From Owenia fusiformis (taxonomy: Eukaryota), in NCBI GenBank assembly GCA_903813345.2, contig CAIIXF020000001.1, positions 33,976,001 to 34,040,000 of the forward strand: a stretch of 64,000 nucleotides of DNA, read 5' to 3'. The notes under the pieces were generated by a model. The model was not told where the DNA came from and ran no database searches. It saw nothing but the letters and a program-made list of their open reading frames with translations. Made by a program: the position numbers and the translations under genes. Positions 36,215-50,830 of this stretch are shown one piece after another. Within the stretch, counting starts at the first letter, position 1, and each line of letters opens with the position of its first letter.

Positions 36215-38370
36215 AGAGATTTTACATTTTGGCATGCCAACCTAAGGTCCTTGCGATGGCATGGGTGCACTAAGGTCCTATCACCTTTGGAAGAGTTTAT
36301 TTTCATTCATCAGGTAGTATAGGAGTCTTTACAATTTATAAGGACAACATTTGAATACACACTCAGTGGAGCCAGTTACTTGAATAAAACATAGACATTG
36401 CAAATCTATGTAGTAAATGTGCTAGTTTATAACTTATCAATGTGCAAAAGACTCCCATGCAGAACATTTCTAATGATAAAGACAGTCTTCCCATTACAAA
36501 CCAAAGGCTTTACCAAACGCCCAAAAAATGACTGAATTTTTCTATTTTTGCAGACATCTATAGTTAGTTTATTGACTAAACTACACAAACAGGCACATTT
36601 CTAAAAAAATCTTACTTGGAAATACGGTAATTATAATTAACCGTACTGGGTTCCATATACAAATTAAAATGTGTTGGTTCATGCATGCACATTGATGAAT
36701 AAACAAAATATTTGTTCATACAAACTGGAGAACGTACAACATCTGCGTTCATACACACTGGAGAAAGTACATATTATTTGTTGATACAAAATGTGTGTTC
36801 ATAAACAATGGAGTACATGTACATAATATTTGTTCATACATACTGGAGAAAGTATATACACAGGCGTGTTGATTCACTTCATACTATTGTCTACATGTTC
36901 ATACTGGAGAACGACATTTTATTCGTTCTGACACATTGATTAATTAACAAAATCTTTGTTGAGACGCAGAAGAGAATTATGAACAAAGATTGGTCCATGC
37001 ACATTGTAGAAGGTGCAAATGATTTGCTTATACATATTGGAGAATGGACACAAAATATTTGTTCATACATGCAGGAGAAAGTACATTAAATGTGTTCATA
37101 GAAAGTGGAGAACGTACAGAGTATTGGTTAAATAACTGGTGAAAATACTATAATATTTGCTCATACACACTGGAGAAAGTACATGACATTTGTAAATACA
37201 CACAGTTAAAATGTATTGTTTCATATATAAAATGAAAAAATATAAATAGTATTCATACACACACGAGAAAGTACAATATATTGATTCTGAAACATTGGTG
37301 AATAAAAAAAATAAAATATTGGTTTAGGCACATGGGAAATGAACCTAGTTTCGGTTCATGCATACTGGAGAAAGTATTTACACAGGAGTGTGACTCAGAA
37401 AATGTAACTCAAAAAACAGTTAAAAGTTGGACTTTTGGAAAGAATCTATAATTGCATTTTCAGAAAGTGTGCCAAATATATTATTTGAAATGATAGGAGC
37501 TTTGAAAATTTGAATTCATTCCTAGAAATAGAAAAAATGAGAAACTAATTTAGAAAGCAATCCATTTTCTTTTTATGATCACAATTTTTGTTTCAGACAA
37601 CTTTTCAAAGCTCCTATGATTTAGAGCAATATATTGGGCACATTTTCTGAAAAATTCAGAACATTGTGTTTAGCGACATTTCCAAATGTAAACTTTTTAA
37701 GCATTTTTCAGTCACAACTTCAGAGGGCTGAAAAGTCTCACATGATGTTTAGAGTCATTCTGAGCATGATCATTTTGATCCTGGTCATGTAAATGATGTG
37801 TGAGAATAGTGAAACTGATTGATGGGTAAAACAGAACTCTATTCAGTTTTTAAAAATCGAATATCAACATGTTTTTTTCATTTCCTGTTTTGTGTATATT
37901 TCTGATAACTACTTCCTTAACCCACACTGGAGAAAGTACAAACTGTTAGTTTATACACCCTGAAGAAAACACCCTGAGAAAATATTAGTCCAACGTTTGA
38001 GATGTTTGATCTCTACATACTGAACAATCATACAAAGTGGAGAGACTATGAGAATATTGATTAATCCAATCTGAGTAATATGATAGATAGTTGGTTCTTC
38101 AAAATAAGAGGTTTACTTAGATTTTGAATATCAATATAGACTTGTATCAAGTGTTATAAAGAATCTGATCTTCGTAACTTACTTAACTTTAGCATGCGGA
38201 TTAATATTTAATTGATTCACATTTAATGCAGAGTTCCTGTGACATTGTCATTTATTTTTAGTGATCAAGAAACTACTTTGCACGCTCCCGCCTAGTTATA
38301 CAGGAAGAAAGCCAGAGCATTTTCATTCTGATACTCATCGCATCTAAAAAATGTCTGTGTCTATGATGCA
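36215..38370. mobile_element. Element A3, inverted and truncated, more diverged copy of family A
   Basis: AAT|AGAGATTTTACATTTTGGCATGCCAACCTAAGGTCC is the reverse complement of the A1/A2 right end. Homology continues to ~38370; it lacks the internal TTAA MITE. Confidence 0.85.
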
Positions 38371-38511
38371 AGAATTAAAATTCAACACGCTTGAAATTAG
38401 AGTTGATATATTTTATTTCCGGTTGATATAACGTCGTAACGTTAGTGAAATCGAACGCGATTTCAACTGATTGGATAACATGATGTGATCATGAGTAGGT
38501 TATGTGAGTAG

Positions 38512-39375
38512 TAGTCCAACAACATTAGACCTAGCCTGGGCCTCGTTTCTTATCTGACATGTCTTATGGCCCGGCTAGGTCTAACCTCCATGATCATTTT
38601 GCCCTTGATGCGTTAATTTTATCGTTCCGCAGGTTTCGACAAGCGGAACTAATTAAACCCCGGGATTAAACCCTGAAACCATGGTAATATTACACAAAGA
38701 ATGTGATTCAAGCATGCATACATACCTTATGAATACATACACACCATCCCGTATCCCCCTTAGACCTTATTGATGCATAATTACGGAAATATTGGAGACA
38801 GGTTTGGAATATGACGAAAATGTCGGTCAGTTTCGGTGACATCGAAATTGCAAATCGTATCAGAAATTAACCGTCATCGCGGCACTGCATTTACAAACAG
38901 TAGGTTTGCAATTAATAACTATTTTGCGTGTATACACGCGCTATATAAATCAATCAAAGATACCTGTTATCCTCAAAATTTATCTTTTTATGCCGAGTAA
39001 TCGTGATAATAATTTCCAATCTATTTGACAACAATTTCGTTTCGCTAGTAGTTTAATTTTACGATCCGGGACACTCGGACGAACAGACACAATGACGGAC
39101 ATGCGGAAATGTCATTTTAGAGATTGGTAAGTGTAGCCTCATTTCACTAGTATAAATGAACATTTAACACATTAATATTGTGTTAAAACGCTTGATGTTA
39201 TGTGTTTTTATATCACTGTCAAGTATCAATTGCATGTTATCGCAGCAAAATGGTTTCGATGGATCCAGAACTTGCATCAAAGGAAAGAATAGTAAAGAGG
39301 TTAAACTCAATAACGGCCCCAAGAAAATTCCTAATAGTAAAGAACGCCGTTATTGAGTTTAACGACGTTAAACTA
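38512..39375. mobile_element. Second copy of the TAG-terminus 9-bp-TSD element
   Basis: TGTGAGTAG|TAGTCCAAC...GTTAAACTA|TGTGAGTAT; empty site at ~41295-41310. Confidence 0.9.
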
Positions 39376-39439
39376 TGTGAGTATAGTAGATGCACGATGG
39401 GATCGTGTTATTCTGCGAGCAGCAACCGAAGCGTTTATA

Positions 39440-39880
39440 CAGGGTGGGCCAAAAAAAACCACCTTCCTAACCAATGTTCCTGATAAATATTTATTTTTTA
39501 ACAATCACACCAACAATGATATATCATATTAAAGATAATTTAATTTGCAACAAAATGATATATAATAGCACCATTTTCAACAACCCCATATAGAAATATG
39601 ACCATTTATGTGACATGGGGGGTCAAAAAACACCTTTTCAATTTTCGTCGATTTTGCAACAATTGCCTATTTCTACCAAATTTTAGTAAATTACAACATT
39701 GTCATGAGTCTTTCATAATTGGATATTATATATTGTTTTCATTCAATTTTTGAACCACACATGCTCAATATACATGTGTATGCTTATAAAACTAATTCAT
39801 CTCTTCTTCAGTCTGTCCAAAAATAGCTCAATAGACCCACCCCCCGGACCCATCCTCTGTTTTTTCTGTTTTTTTTGTCT
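39440..39880. mobile_element. Truncated Tc1/mariner-type MITE (left end only)
   Basis: TA|CAGGGTGGGCCAAAAAAAAC start; absent from the sister repeat at ~41355; no right TIR found. Confidence 0.7.
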
Positions 39881-41156
39881 CAGTTTTAGCTAGATGCGAC
39901 TATTATGGGTGCATTCGGTCTTTATCATTTAGCCCTTGTTATATGCATATATTGATACCTATACACGATGAACAGAGGATGCATATATTGCAATACCGTC
40001 AATGTGTTTCTACATTGGGATTGATACTCGTCTTACATGCAGTAAGAAAACCAGCGATTTGGCAAGGGTAAGAAGTAGTTTATATTGAAACAAGTAATGT
40101 TTTGCAATTTCGTAAGGTGTTCCTCAGATAGAAAAGCTTGTTGATTGGTTAGAGTAATCGACCACATATCAAAATGCTCTGCATAAACGATTGAAACGAT
40201 ATTATACATGTAAACCCGAAAAGTGACCATGTAATCGTTTGAGTTTCAGTAACATCGAACGATGCGACGTTACACGAGAGGTGCGCTGGTTCATGAGAAG
40301 AAGTCAACGCTAAGGACCAATGTTTGGGTTGCGAGAACACTAAACAAAGAGGGTTCAGCTATCGCAATGAATAAGATAAGTAATTGTTATACAGATTTGC
40401 TTAGCATATCAAATATCCTTTTTATTAATGTAAGGATAGAGGGTTTGTAAGTTTTGCTAAAAAACAACAACAACAACATTTAGATTGGTCACAGGTGCAA
40501 GAGCACTAAACAGTAAATATTGCAAGATCTATCGTTCAGTCATGGGCAAGACGTCGCACTGCTACAGACGTTGGATGTTTGTAACTTGACTGTCAAAATA
40601 TTCTTGTTTTTGAAATTGTTTCAGATATTTAGGTCACTACGCAAACGGGTACGTTTTCCGAAGATTTACAAAGACTGCATTTTATGTGTTATAGGGAGAT
40701 GGAATCCTTACGAACATCTTATTTAGATTTGACAGCTTTTAAACCAGAGTTACGGTTTTGGGATTGTTGATTTGTTTCAGACATGGTATTTGCAAGGTGC
40801 AAATATGCTCCCTCGGTTCAGCAAAAAGCAGTGTTTGGCAAAGATTTTAAAATGTTATTTTATAGCAAACGTTTTTCAAATGAACTCTTATGTTGCGCAT
40901 ATACAGAGATAGATATTACATTATAGTTTTTGTATAAACTAATAAAGTTGTGCAACGTAAGCATTTCAATGTTGTAAGTCATGAGAAACAACTAACGAGT
41001 TGTGTTACTCAGGAGTCATTGAATTGTTAAATGTCGTTGTTTGGTAATCTATATTTGTATAGTATTTAAGTAATAAGCTTATAACATTATTGCAGTGAAT
41101 CGCTACCAGGAGGGTCGGATTCATACTTACACCTCGGATACTTCATATCCTGCAAA

Positions 41157-41800
41157 TGAATTAAAATTCAACACGTTTGAAATTAGAGTTGAATTATTTT
41201 ATTTCCGGTTGATATAACGTCGTAACGTTAGTGAAATCGAACGCGATTTCAACTGATTGCCGTGATTGGATAACATGATGTGATCATGAGTAGGTTATGT
41301 GAGTAGATGCACGATGGGATCGTGTTATTCTGCGAGCAGCCACCGAAGCGTTTATACACAGTTTTAGCTAGATGCGACTATTATGGGTGCATTCGGTTTT
41401 TATCATTTAGCCCTTGTTATATGCATATATTGATACCTATACACGATGAACAGAGGATGCATATTTTGCAATACCGTCAATGTGTTTCTACATTGGGATT
41501 GATACTCGTCTTACATGCAGTAAGAAAACCAGCGATTTGGCAAGGGTAAGAAGTAGTTTATATTGAAACAAGTAATGTTTTGCAATTTCGTAAGTTGTTC
41601 CTCAGATACAAAAGATTGTTGATTGGTTAGAGTAATCGACCACATATCAAAATGCTCTGCATAAACGATTGTAACGATATTATACATGTAAACCCGAAAA
41701 GTGACCATGTAATCGTTTGAGTTTCAGTAACATCGATCGAACGATGCGACGTTACCCGAGAGGTGCGCTGGTTCATGAGAAGAAGTCAACGCTAAGGACC
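41157..41800. repeat. Uninterrupted copy of the ~640-bp repeat
   Basis: Direct repeat of 38370-40320 without the inserts. Confidence 0.88.
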
Positions 41801-41803
41801 AGT

Positions 41804-43133
41804 AGAGAGGTTAAGCTACACGTAATTAACAAAACTTGAACGTGAATCCAATGCGCACGCAGATAAATGACATCAGATTTGTTTATTGCCTTTGGGCCAG
41901 CGTGAAATTTACAGGTTTTTACATGAGATTATCATATTGGTGCAATTTACAGACGCGTATTCAACAAGGCATGAACGTGTACTTCTATGCGCGCGCAGAA
42001 AAATGACGTCAGATAAGTCTACTTTCTACAGGTAAGCGTGAAAGTTACAGGTTTTTACGTGTAGATGAGTAATTACACGTCGCTCATTACGTGATTGATT
42101 TTAGCTATGTTCTAGGATGGCCCGGGATCCCATATTTGATACAGACAATCTTGCTTGTTATTATGGTAAACCCCAATCCTTAATTGGAAATAAGAATACA
42201 TTTTAATGGGTAAATGACAACTTCAAATGTGATCGTTTGTTCATTCCGTACAATATAAATAGGCAGGGCCATTTTGATAACCGGGCTAAGTACAATATGT
42301 ATGCTAAACGAAATGACCTGAATCGATTGCAAATTAAATAATTTCACAATATGACACAAATGGTATATCACATCAGATCTGCAAATATAAAGATTGCAAC
42401 CGATTCAGGTCACACTTCAAATTAAAAGATTTTACATTTTTCATCATTTTTTCCTCCAAAATGGCTATAGAAAAATGCTTCAAAAGCAACTTTTACACAT
42501 ATGAAATGCCATACAACTTTGTAAATCAAAAGATTAAACTGTTATGTTTCATTAATTAATAACATATTTGGATAAGATGTAGGGATGTGTAGGATGCAAA
42601 TGGATTTTGACAAACACAAAAAGACTTCTAGTCTACTCCTGGTTTGGCATCTCTACCCCTGTACACTTTATGATCGGATATTGGCCCTAATAAGTGGCCC
42701 ATTCATCTATACAGTGCTGAATATAGGTCAACAAGATACTAGTGTACATGTAAATGGAATAATAAAGCAGTATATTCATTTTGAAAAATTAGATGAATTC
42801 ATTTTTGATCATGGGGAGATCATAATGGAGGGCGCACTAGATTCTTTAATTGTGGTTGAATATGAAATAAAGCAAAAATAAAAAAACAAAAAAACAAATG
42901 TTTTGATGCGACTGGATTCGAACCCAGGCCTCACGGACACGAGTTCGAAGTGCTATCCATTACACCATAGAGACATGAACTCAGAGACAGTCACCACATA
43001 AATATAGCTCCGCGTCCACTGACATGGTCTCAGACGTGTAGCTTAACAGAAAGTTTTCTTAAACGTGTACTTGAGCGTTGACTTACGCGTTCAGGTTCAC
43101 GGTTTGCATTTATACGTGTAGCTTAACCTCTCT
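41804..43133. mobile_element. Element C2 (second copy of C)
   Basis: AGT|AGAGAGGTTAAGCTACACGTA...TACGTGTAGCTTAACCTCTCT|AAT. Confidence 0.9.
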
Positions 43134-43136
43134 AAT

Positions 43137-43330
43137 TTTGCATATTTTGCCTTGAAATTTTAGAATTATGAAGTTCATTCAATGTGAATGTTGTTCTGAA
43201 AGTTTGATGATAATCTGTTTATTGTGTCAAGAACTACAGTCCTTTACAAAACATGCTCAAAGTGGGCACTTCTCCTCTCTATGCACAAACGAATCCTGCG
43301 AACAAATTCGTAAATAACCCTGGCCTATAC
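43137..43330 (-). pseudogene. Tc1/mariner transposase C-terminal relic
   Basis: Minus strand translates VIYEFVRRIRLCIERRSAHFEHVL*, resembling the R..CI...GGHFE terminus; the downstream sequence resembles 50100-50190. Confidence 0.7.
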
Positions 43331-44113
43331 ACATTAATGTGGATGGTAAATATTGGGGTAGTTATTGCCCTCTTAAGATTGTTAGGGGCCTGTCTATGGT
43401 GTTTAAACTGCTTCTTTATTCGGTACATTAATATTCCATAAATACCAAATAAAACAAACAATTTACCAAACCTTTACCCAATCTATCGAATGTTTTTTTA
43501 TTTTATCAAATGCAATAATCTATACAATTTATATTCGCTAAATAGTTTCACTTGTTCTTTGTTTTGACATTCACACTTGATATTTATACATGTATTTGTG
43601 TGATGCAGCGAATCAATTTGTTTTCATTAACGCACGTATAATTCAATTAATTATTTGTACATTCGGTATTTGAATTATTTATATTCGGTAAATACCGAAT
43701 GCCCCATTCGATAAATTTCGTTATTTTTCGATAATTTACGAGACTTTCAGTCACGTGATATATTTGTACGATGTAGAATAGCTGCGCGGCCATTTTGCAA
43801 ATCTCGAAGTCACGTGACAAAATATCGAACAACAACGCAAGTTATCGAATATTACTTTATTGCATTCGGTAAATAGCAAATTAGCTTTCGGTAAAATGCA
43901 TTAACTATGTCATAGAAAAATAAACCATTTGGTAAATAAAGGCAAACTTATTTCGGTAGGGTTCAAATAGAAATTCAATATTGTGCATATAATGTGTTAC
44001 TCTTAAGGAATACCATAACAATTTACGCAAAAAATATAATTTAACGAATGAAATATGTAATTTAATGCACATAGTATTAAGTGATTGTTATTAAGTATTA
44101 AGAGAATATTAAT

Positions 44114-46831
44114 ATGGTATCTAAATGGGAATATTTAAAAAGAGAAGTAAAATATTTCTCAGTTGATTATGGGAGAATGAAAGCACAAAATAGGCGAAGT
44201 GAGGTCAAAAGAGCCACATTGAGATTAAAGCAAGTAAATGAAAAATTGGCAAAAAATCCTACAAGTAACATGTTAATGGATGAGGTCAATAGATGTAAGG
44301 TTATGTATAACAATTTAATGGATGAAGAATGTAGGGGGGCTGAATAAGATCAAAAGCTATTTATGCACAGGAGGGAGAGAGAAGTACTAAATATTTCTTA
44401 AATCTAGAAAAATGTAAAGGCAAGAAAAAGATAATGAATGGGTGTAGAAGGCATGATGGGAAAGTTGTGACAAAATTAAATGAAATAATGAAAGAACAAG
44501 TGCAATATTTTAATAAGGTTTATCAGGCTAAACCAAAGTATAATAAAACTGACTTAGACAGATTTCTTGACATAGATATTCCAAAGTTGACTAGAGAAGA
44601 AGCACAAAAATGTGAAGGGAAAATTACATTAGATGAATGTTCTAAGGCATTAAAAGATATGAAAAATGATGTTTCACCGTGTAGTGATGGGTTAACTACG
44701 GGTTTTTACAAATGTTTTTGGAGAAAACTAGGGGCATTGGTTACTGAAAATTTCAACATTGCATTTGGAAAAAAACCAACTAAGTCCCACTCAAAGACAG
44801 GGCATAATTACACTATTATATAAAGGAAAGGGGGAGAGGGAAGTGTTAGATAATTGGAGACCGATATCGTTAACAAATACAGACTATAAAATATTAACAA
44901 AAGCTTTGGCCAATAGGATGAAACTAGTTATATGTAAAGTAATTAACTCGGACCAAAGTGGGTATATTCCTGGGCGATCAGCTGCAAACATATTACGAAT
45001 AATTGATGATACAATAGAATATATTGAAAACATTAATGAAAGTGGTTTATTAGTGGCAGTAGATTTTTCGGGTGCGTATAATAATATAAATAAGGACTTA
45101 TTAATAGACAGTTTAAAATATTTCGGTTTTGGTGAGGATATGATTTCATGGGTTGAAACTGTTAATAAAGAAACTAAAAGTTGCATAAACTATGCAGGGT
45201 GGTTGTCAGAATGGATTTCTTTGGATTCAGGCATAAGACAAGGGTGCCCTTTGTCACCACTATGTTTTTTGTTATGTGTTGAACTGGTTGCGTTAAAAAT
45301 AAGACAAAATAATGAAATAAGGGGAATTAAAATACCAAATAAGTCAGAATTAAAAATAGCTATGTATGCAGATGATTTAACACATTTTTTAAAAGACAAA
45401 GATTCATTAGTAAAGGTGATAGATACAATTAATGAGTTTAGACTATTCTCTGGGCTTAGTATAAATAAAAATAAGACAGAGGCAATGTGGCTTGGAACAA
45501 TGAAACATTCACAAGAAAAAGGGGTCGATATAAAATGGAAATTGCATCCAGAGAATAAAATTAAAATTTTAGGAATAGTATTTTCTGCATCAAAGAAAGT
45601 GATTGAAAATATGGATAATCTATTACCAAAATTGGAAAAAATTGAAAAAAATTGAAAACATTATGAAAAGTTGGGTACGAAGGGATTTAACAATTTTTGG
45701 AAAAGTGACATTGGTTAAATCATTAATGATGTCACAATTTGGATATATAATACAGGCGTTCATATTACCGGAAGATTTCCTTAACCGTCTTAATACACTG
45801 TTTTATAAGTACATCTGGAGTAAAAGTGGTTTTGAAGAATGTGAAATTAAGAAACAACCGGAGAAAATTAAAAGAGAGATTTTAAATTTAGATAAAGAAA
45901 ATGGTGGTCTAAACATGATAAATATGATAGACTTTCAAATCTCATTTGTGGTAAAATGGTTTTCAAAACTGATTGGTGAGGGCATGGATAAATGGAAAAT
46001 AATTCCAAAAGCTGAATTTTCCAAGTTAGGGGTTAATTTCAATGTACTCAAAAGCAAGATAGATATGGAAAACTTTATAGGGATTAATGAAGTAAAGAGT
46101 AGTTTTTGGAAAAGGGGGTTAGAAATTTGGTTAACAAAATCTGAAAATAAAAATATTTTAGATTGCGACATCATTTGGAACAATCTGGACATAACTTTTC
46201 AAAAAAGAGTTCTTTATGACAAAAAATGGATTAGAGGGGGGATTAATTATGTGTCTGATTTTATAATAGAAGGTAAATGTTTAACATACAATGAAATAAT
46301 TAATAAATTAGGCAGAGGCCCAGATGTTTATATGCAATATATACAAGTAAGAGCAGCTTTGATAAAATATCCAAATAAAATCAACAGGAATGAAAAAATA
46401 ACTTTTTTAGGGGAAAATATAGAGAAAATAAAAACATGTAATATAAGAAAGAAAATTGTTAGTAGAAGAGGGGTGACAAATAAATCAGAAGCCCATTGGA
46501 AAAATCAATATGGTGAGATCCCATTTAAGTTAATGTGTAGAGTACTTTTTAAGACAAATGTAAATCATAAAGTAAAGGAATTCATATATAAAGTAATAAA
46601 TGGTGCAATAGAAATTGAAAGAAGATTGAAAAAACAAAAATTATCTGATGGAATGTGTAAAGTTTGTAAAAATGTTGAGGAACACCTTTTTTTAGAATGT
46701 AAATTCAAAAATGAATGGGACAATTTAGAAATTACTAATTTAATTGAAAGAGATAAAATGCTTTTTTACTTTAGAGAAGATAGCTCATTAGAAAACATGA
46801 TAGAGATTAATAGTGAAATTTTTATTATTAA
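44114..46831 (+). mobile_element. Decayed L1/Tx1-clade LINE ORF2 (reverse transcriptase), frameshifted and truncated
   Basis: Motifs EGERSTKYFLNLEK, SPCSDGL, WRPISLTNTDYKILTK, GIRQGCPLSP, MYADD and C-terminal CKVC...HLFLEC, spread over consecutive ORFs with frameshifts near 44343, 44770 and 45650. Confidence 0.95.
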
Positions 46832-47500
46832 AGTGCCCGATAAACTATAAAATGCGCATGCGTCCAGGTGTTGATAAACTATAAATAGCGAAAATCCAGG
46901 GTTTGTCACCACAAGGTAAGCCAGGACGTGTTGAGAGAACAGCTAGTGTGTTGATATTGAATTTACATGTAGCCAGATAAGTTTCTTTATTGAAATAACA
47001 TATGGTTATTAGCAATACTTTGTAGGTGCTAAATAATAAAATATTTAGAGTATATATGAGAGAAATTGGTCATTTCGAACCTGTTGAAAAGTTTGTGGCT
47101 CTCGGCTACACCGGGGAATTTACTTCCATGAGTACACACATAAATGTGGGGTTCCCCAAGAGGTACGCGACAAGGTGACCTGGCATCAAATGTGCGACTT
47201 AATGCTACTATCGAGAAGATAAAATAACGAATACGACAATAAGTTATTGCATGTGACAATTCCGAGCCTTCATCTCACTGAAGTATTTTGAAGTAAAAAT
47301 AGGATTTTTGTTTTGATACATGGATTCAGATGAACGTAACTTTATTCTGACAACTAATCAAAACTGAACAAAATTGATTGTACGTAACAGACAATTTATT
47401 GTTTTACAATGTTTTGATTGGCTAAACGAATGAAACCAACAAATTATGACATGTAAAATGACAATTTTGAAATGTAAAATTTAAAAGTGACAAACACAAC

Positions 47501-47755
47501 CTCCCTATCCACTCTTTGGGAGCCCTAGTAAATTAGTAATATGTACATGCAGCAGTGGTACTGTACAGCTTATTATCACACTACGCTTTGTATTCTAAAG
47601 CCTGTTGTTTGTAATAACACTGTTCACTCCCTATCCACTCTTTGGGAGCCCTAGTAAATTAGTAATATGTACATGCAGCAGTGGTACTGTACAGCTTATT
47701 ATCACACTACGCTTTGTATTCTAAAGCCTGTTGTTTGTAATAACACTGTTCACTC
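47501..47755. repeat. Perfect tandem duplication, 126-bp unit x2
   Basis: ctccctatccactctttggg...taacactgttca starts at 47501 and 47627. Confidence 0.95.
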
Positions 47756-49149
47756 AACGTATGTTTTGTGTGTGGGCAGTCAACGATAATCATTGTTTTA
47801 TCCCGGTTATATGACCTCGGCACAAGGAGGATTGGCTCCCAGAATCGAAGTCGATATTTTCCAACAATGAAAACGCCGAAATGTCGTTATTTTCTGAAAT
47901 TATAACCGATTATAAATTCAAAATAAACAGTTCAAAATATTCGAACCAATACTTCGATCATTTCTTGTGAGTTTTGGAATTTTTCGTTGGGAAATAAGAC
48001 CAAAATTCACGATTCAAATGTTGAAGTGAACAAAATGGCGGTCGTTGGAATTCAAATTTTCAAATCCAGAAATTACCAGACACTTTCTTTATCAGGGGAG
48101 CTGTCAACACATCTGATAAGAAGTGTTCTATGCAGCTCTAGTGAAACTTGATGCTATGTTTTGGCAATACAAGATGCAGCCTACTTGTAAATAAAATACA
48201 GTTATCCATGTACGTAATATATGGTTCAACAAAAAACAACAACTAAAAAACAACAACTAAATATGAGAAACTAATGTGGTATATGCCATGTTTATGTGTC
48301 TGATCATATAATCTTGAAATTATCCATCAATTTCTTAAGAAATTGGCGAAATTAAGGAAACCAGAAAACACATTTGATGAAAGGGCGGTGTTTATAGCCT
48401 GTATGAAATGCCCCTGCATTAACGCTCATATATATGAGTTTTAAACATTAATTTAGTAGACTAAAGTGTTGATGCGAAATCTCAGTAATAGTACCAGTTA
48501 GGAGATAAGGTGATGTCCGATTTAACATTACGATTGCTGGATATGGTAGCACGACATACCCATATATGAGGCAGAATATCGATGTTGCACTCTGGGAGCC
48601 AATCCTCCTTGACCTCGGCAATTATAACAGAACCGTACTAAACGAATAAACGCAAATAAGAGAAAGCTTTCACACACATATAAAAAATGAACTAGTCTAA
48701 TCCGCCAGTATAAACTCTGTGCTATACGTAGCCGGGTCAGGCGCACACTTTAAACGGAAAATATGGTTAAAAAGATGTCTAGAAGTTTTTAATTAAGAAA
48801 ATGTATTTAGATATTAAACTATAATAGTATTACGTACATGGTGGGTAACAGTGTTTTTTGGGATTTCGCAGATATATTGATTTGTTGTATTGAATGTATT
48901 GAAATGTTATATTGAATGTAGTAAATGGATCGAATAAGTGTATTAAATAAATAAAAAAATAAAAATAAAAAAAATTAAGTGATTGGCTATTTTGAAAACT
49001 TAATTTGCTGTAACACACATATAAACGTTTTTACCGAATGGAAAAATGATTTAGCGAATATAAATGTTTCATATATCGAATATATTTGAATTTAATGAAT
49101 TAAGAAGCAAAAATAATGCCATACCTGTCAGTATACACATTGGCTTTGA

Positions 49150-49530
49150 AAAATCCTCAAAGCTAACAATTTGGGGGATTTAGATCTGGCAATTGAGCTA
49201 CCCATATGGTTTGCGTTCTGCAACTGATGAGCTGACAATCAAAGCACTACCTTTAACATTTCAGCATATGATTTGCAGTGTTGGGGTGGTATTGGCTTGT
49301 TGAAACCACTGCTTAATTTTCTCCTTAGATGTCCATTCTGGTGCTTAGTGACCTCCAAAACTTGGTGAGAACTTACTGGTCCTTGTTCATGGTGATCGCA
49401 CGTCCCCAGTCACATTCGAACCAGAAGGGACCGATGATTCCATGTTTCCTCATTGCCACTCAGGCAGTGCATTGTTCAGAATGCAATGGATGCTGTAACA
49501 CTTCATCAGGAGGATGTAAGCCCCAGTAGC
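49150..49530 (-). pseudogene. Tc1/mariner-superfamily transposase catalytic-domain pseudogene
   Basis: Minus strand gives CTA*VAMRKHGIIGPFWFE, KQWFQQANTTP and WVAQLPDLNPPNC*L*G: decayed GIIGPYFF, WFQQDGAxxH and WPxxSPDLNPxDFxLWG motifs. Confidence 0.85.
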
Positions 49531-49989
49531 AATAATCCAGATGCGAGTAGAAATAATCTTGATTTACGTCATTAAAAATTCAAAATTCAGTCAAACTAAT
49601 ATCATATTTGAAATCTACATGTAAAATTACATCTGGAAAAGTGGTTTTAAAAAGTGTTTATCAATTTTTAAAAATTAATTTTCTTTGAAAATGTGACTTC
49701 TAGCTCGGGGAGATTCCCCATAGACCCCATGCTATAAAATCACAAAAAATGAAATATCTTTTCTTTTAGTGGACAGATAATATTTTGCTTTACTGGACAT
49801 ATTTTCTTTAGTATAAGTATCAGACGCATAAGGGTTATATGAAAATTGAGCGGCTTAAATTGATAATATTCAAGTTTAAGGGAACTTTCTCATATACCTG
49901 CCATGTTAATTGACCCGAATCAGCCACCTGGTGGTGAAACTGGTACCTACCTACTCGCATTTGGGTAATTGTTCTTGGAACAAACTTGT

Positions 49990-50232
49990 CCTTTCAGAAA
50001 GACATATGTGTAGGAGGATCATCAACAACTTTGTTCGCCGGATTGAATTGTGCATAGGGATGAGAGGTGCACATTTGGGGCATACCATGTTTTGTAAGGA
50101 GCTGTAGTTTTTGACTCAATTGGTAGATTATTATCAAACTTTCACAAATAATTCTGAAATTTAAAGGCAAAATATGCAAAATTGACCGCGTTATTCAACT
50201 TTCTTACGGTCCTGTTTTTTTTGGACACCCTG
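49990..50232 (+). mobile_element. Right end of a Tc1/mariner element with transposase C-terminus
   Basis: MCRRIINNFVRRIELCIGMRGAHLGH followed by TIR TTTTTTTGGACACCCTG|TA. Confidence 0.75.
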
Positions 50233-50319
50233 TAATCAGTGCTTATTTGTGCTGTTCTACACATAAAGAGGAGCAATACCTGAATATACAGAGCGTTCCA
50301 TATATGCAGCGAGTATTGT

Positions 50320-50830
50320 CTGACGATACATCTACAGTATTTTTGTCCCATGTACTCCAAATGATAGAGAATCTCATAAACTGCTTCAAAATGACCTGAA
50401 GACCATTGAACAGTGGTCTAAATCCTGGAAGTTAAATTTTGAACCTGAAAAAAGTAAAGAAGTCAAGAACACCCATAATTTATGAACAAGTCTTTTTGAA
50501 TGATCAGCCAATCAGCGGCTCTGAACATAAAACTATCTTGTTAATAAAATTCAAAAAGCTCCAAATCCAATGAAACCACTTAAAAGCAAATTTAAATCTA
50601 AACAGCTCAACGTTATGTACAATTCTTATATCCAATCACTCTTCGACTACTTTGACATACTCTTAGACTATCACTGTACAACACAGGCCAATCTAAAGAG
50701 ACTGGACAAGCTCCAATACCAAGCGTCATTGATTGTCTCTGGTTGCTTACCAGGATCTAATGCAAAGAAAGTCCTTGATTTGCTAAACTGGTCAACTCTA
50801 AATGAAAGAAGACTTTTTCATTTCAAAAAG
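50320..50830 (+). pseudogene. CR1/L2-group LINE RT fragment
   Basis: LQNDLKTIEQWSKSWKLNFEPEKSKEV and MYNSYIQSLFDYFDIL parallel the protein of 53528-54163. Confidence 0.8.

Larger units (their letters stand above)
38370..40320. repeat. Interrupted copy of a ~640-bp repeat also present at 41157-41800
   Basis: gaattaaaattcaacacg...gtcaacgctaaggacc is near-identical in both places once two inserts are removed. Confidence 0.88.

Noticed and set aside
46832..48749. Kolobok-like element truncating the LINE (TTAA|AGTG...CACT|TTAA)
   Set aside because: Only 4 bp of inverted match beyond TTAA and no second copy in the window; the left junction is real but the right end is unsupported.
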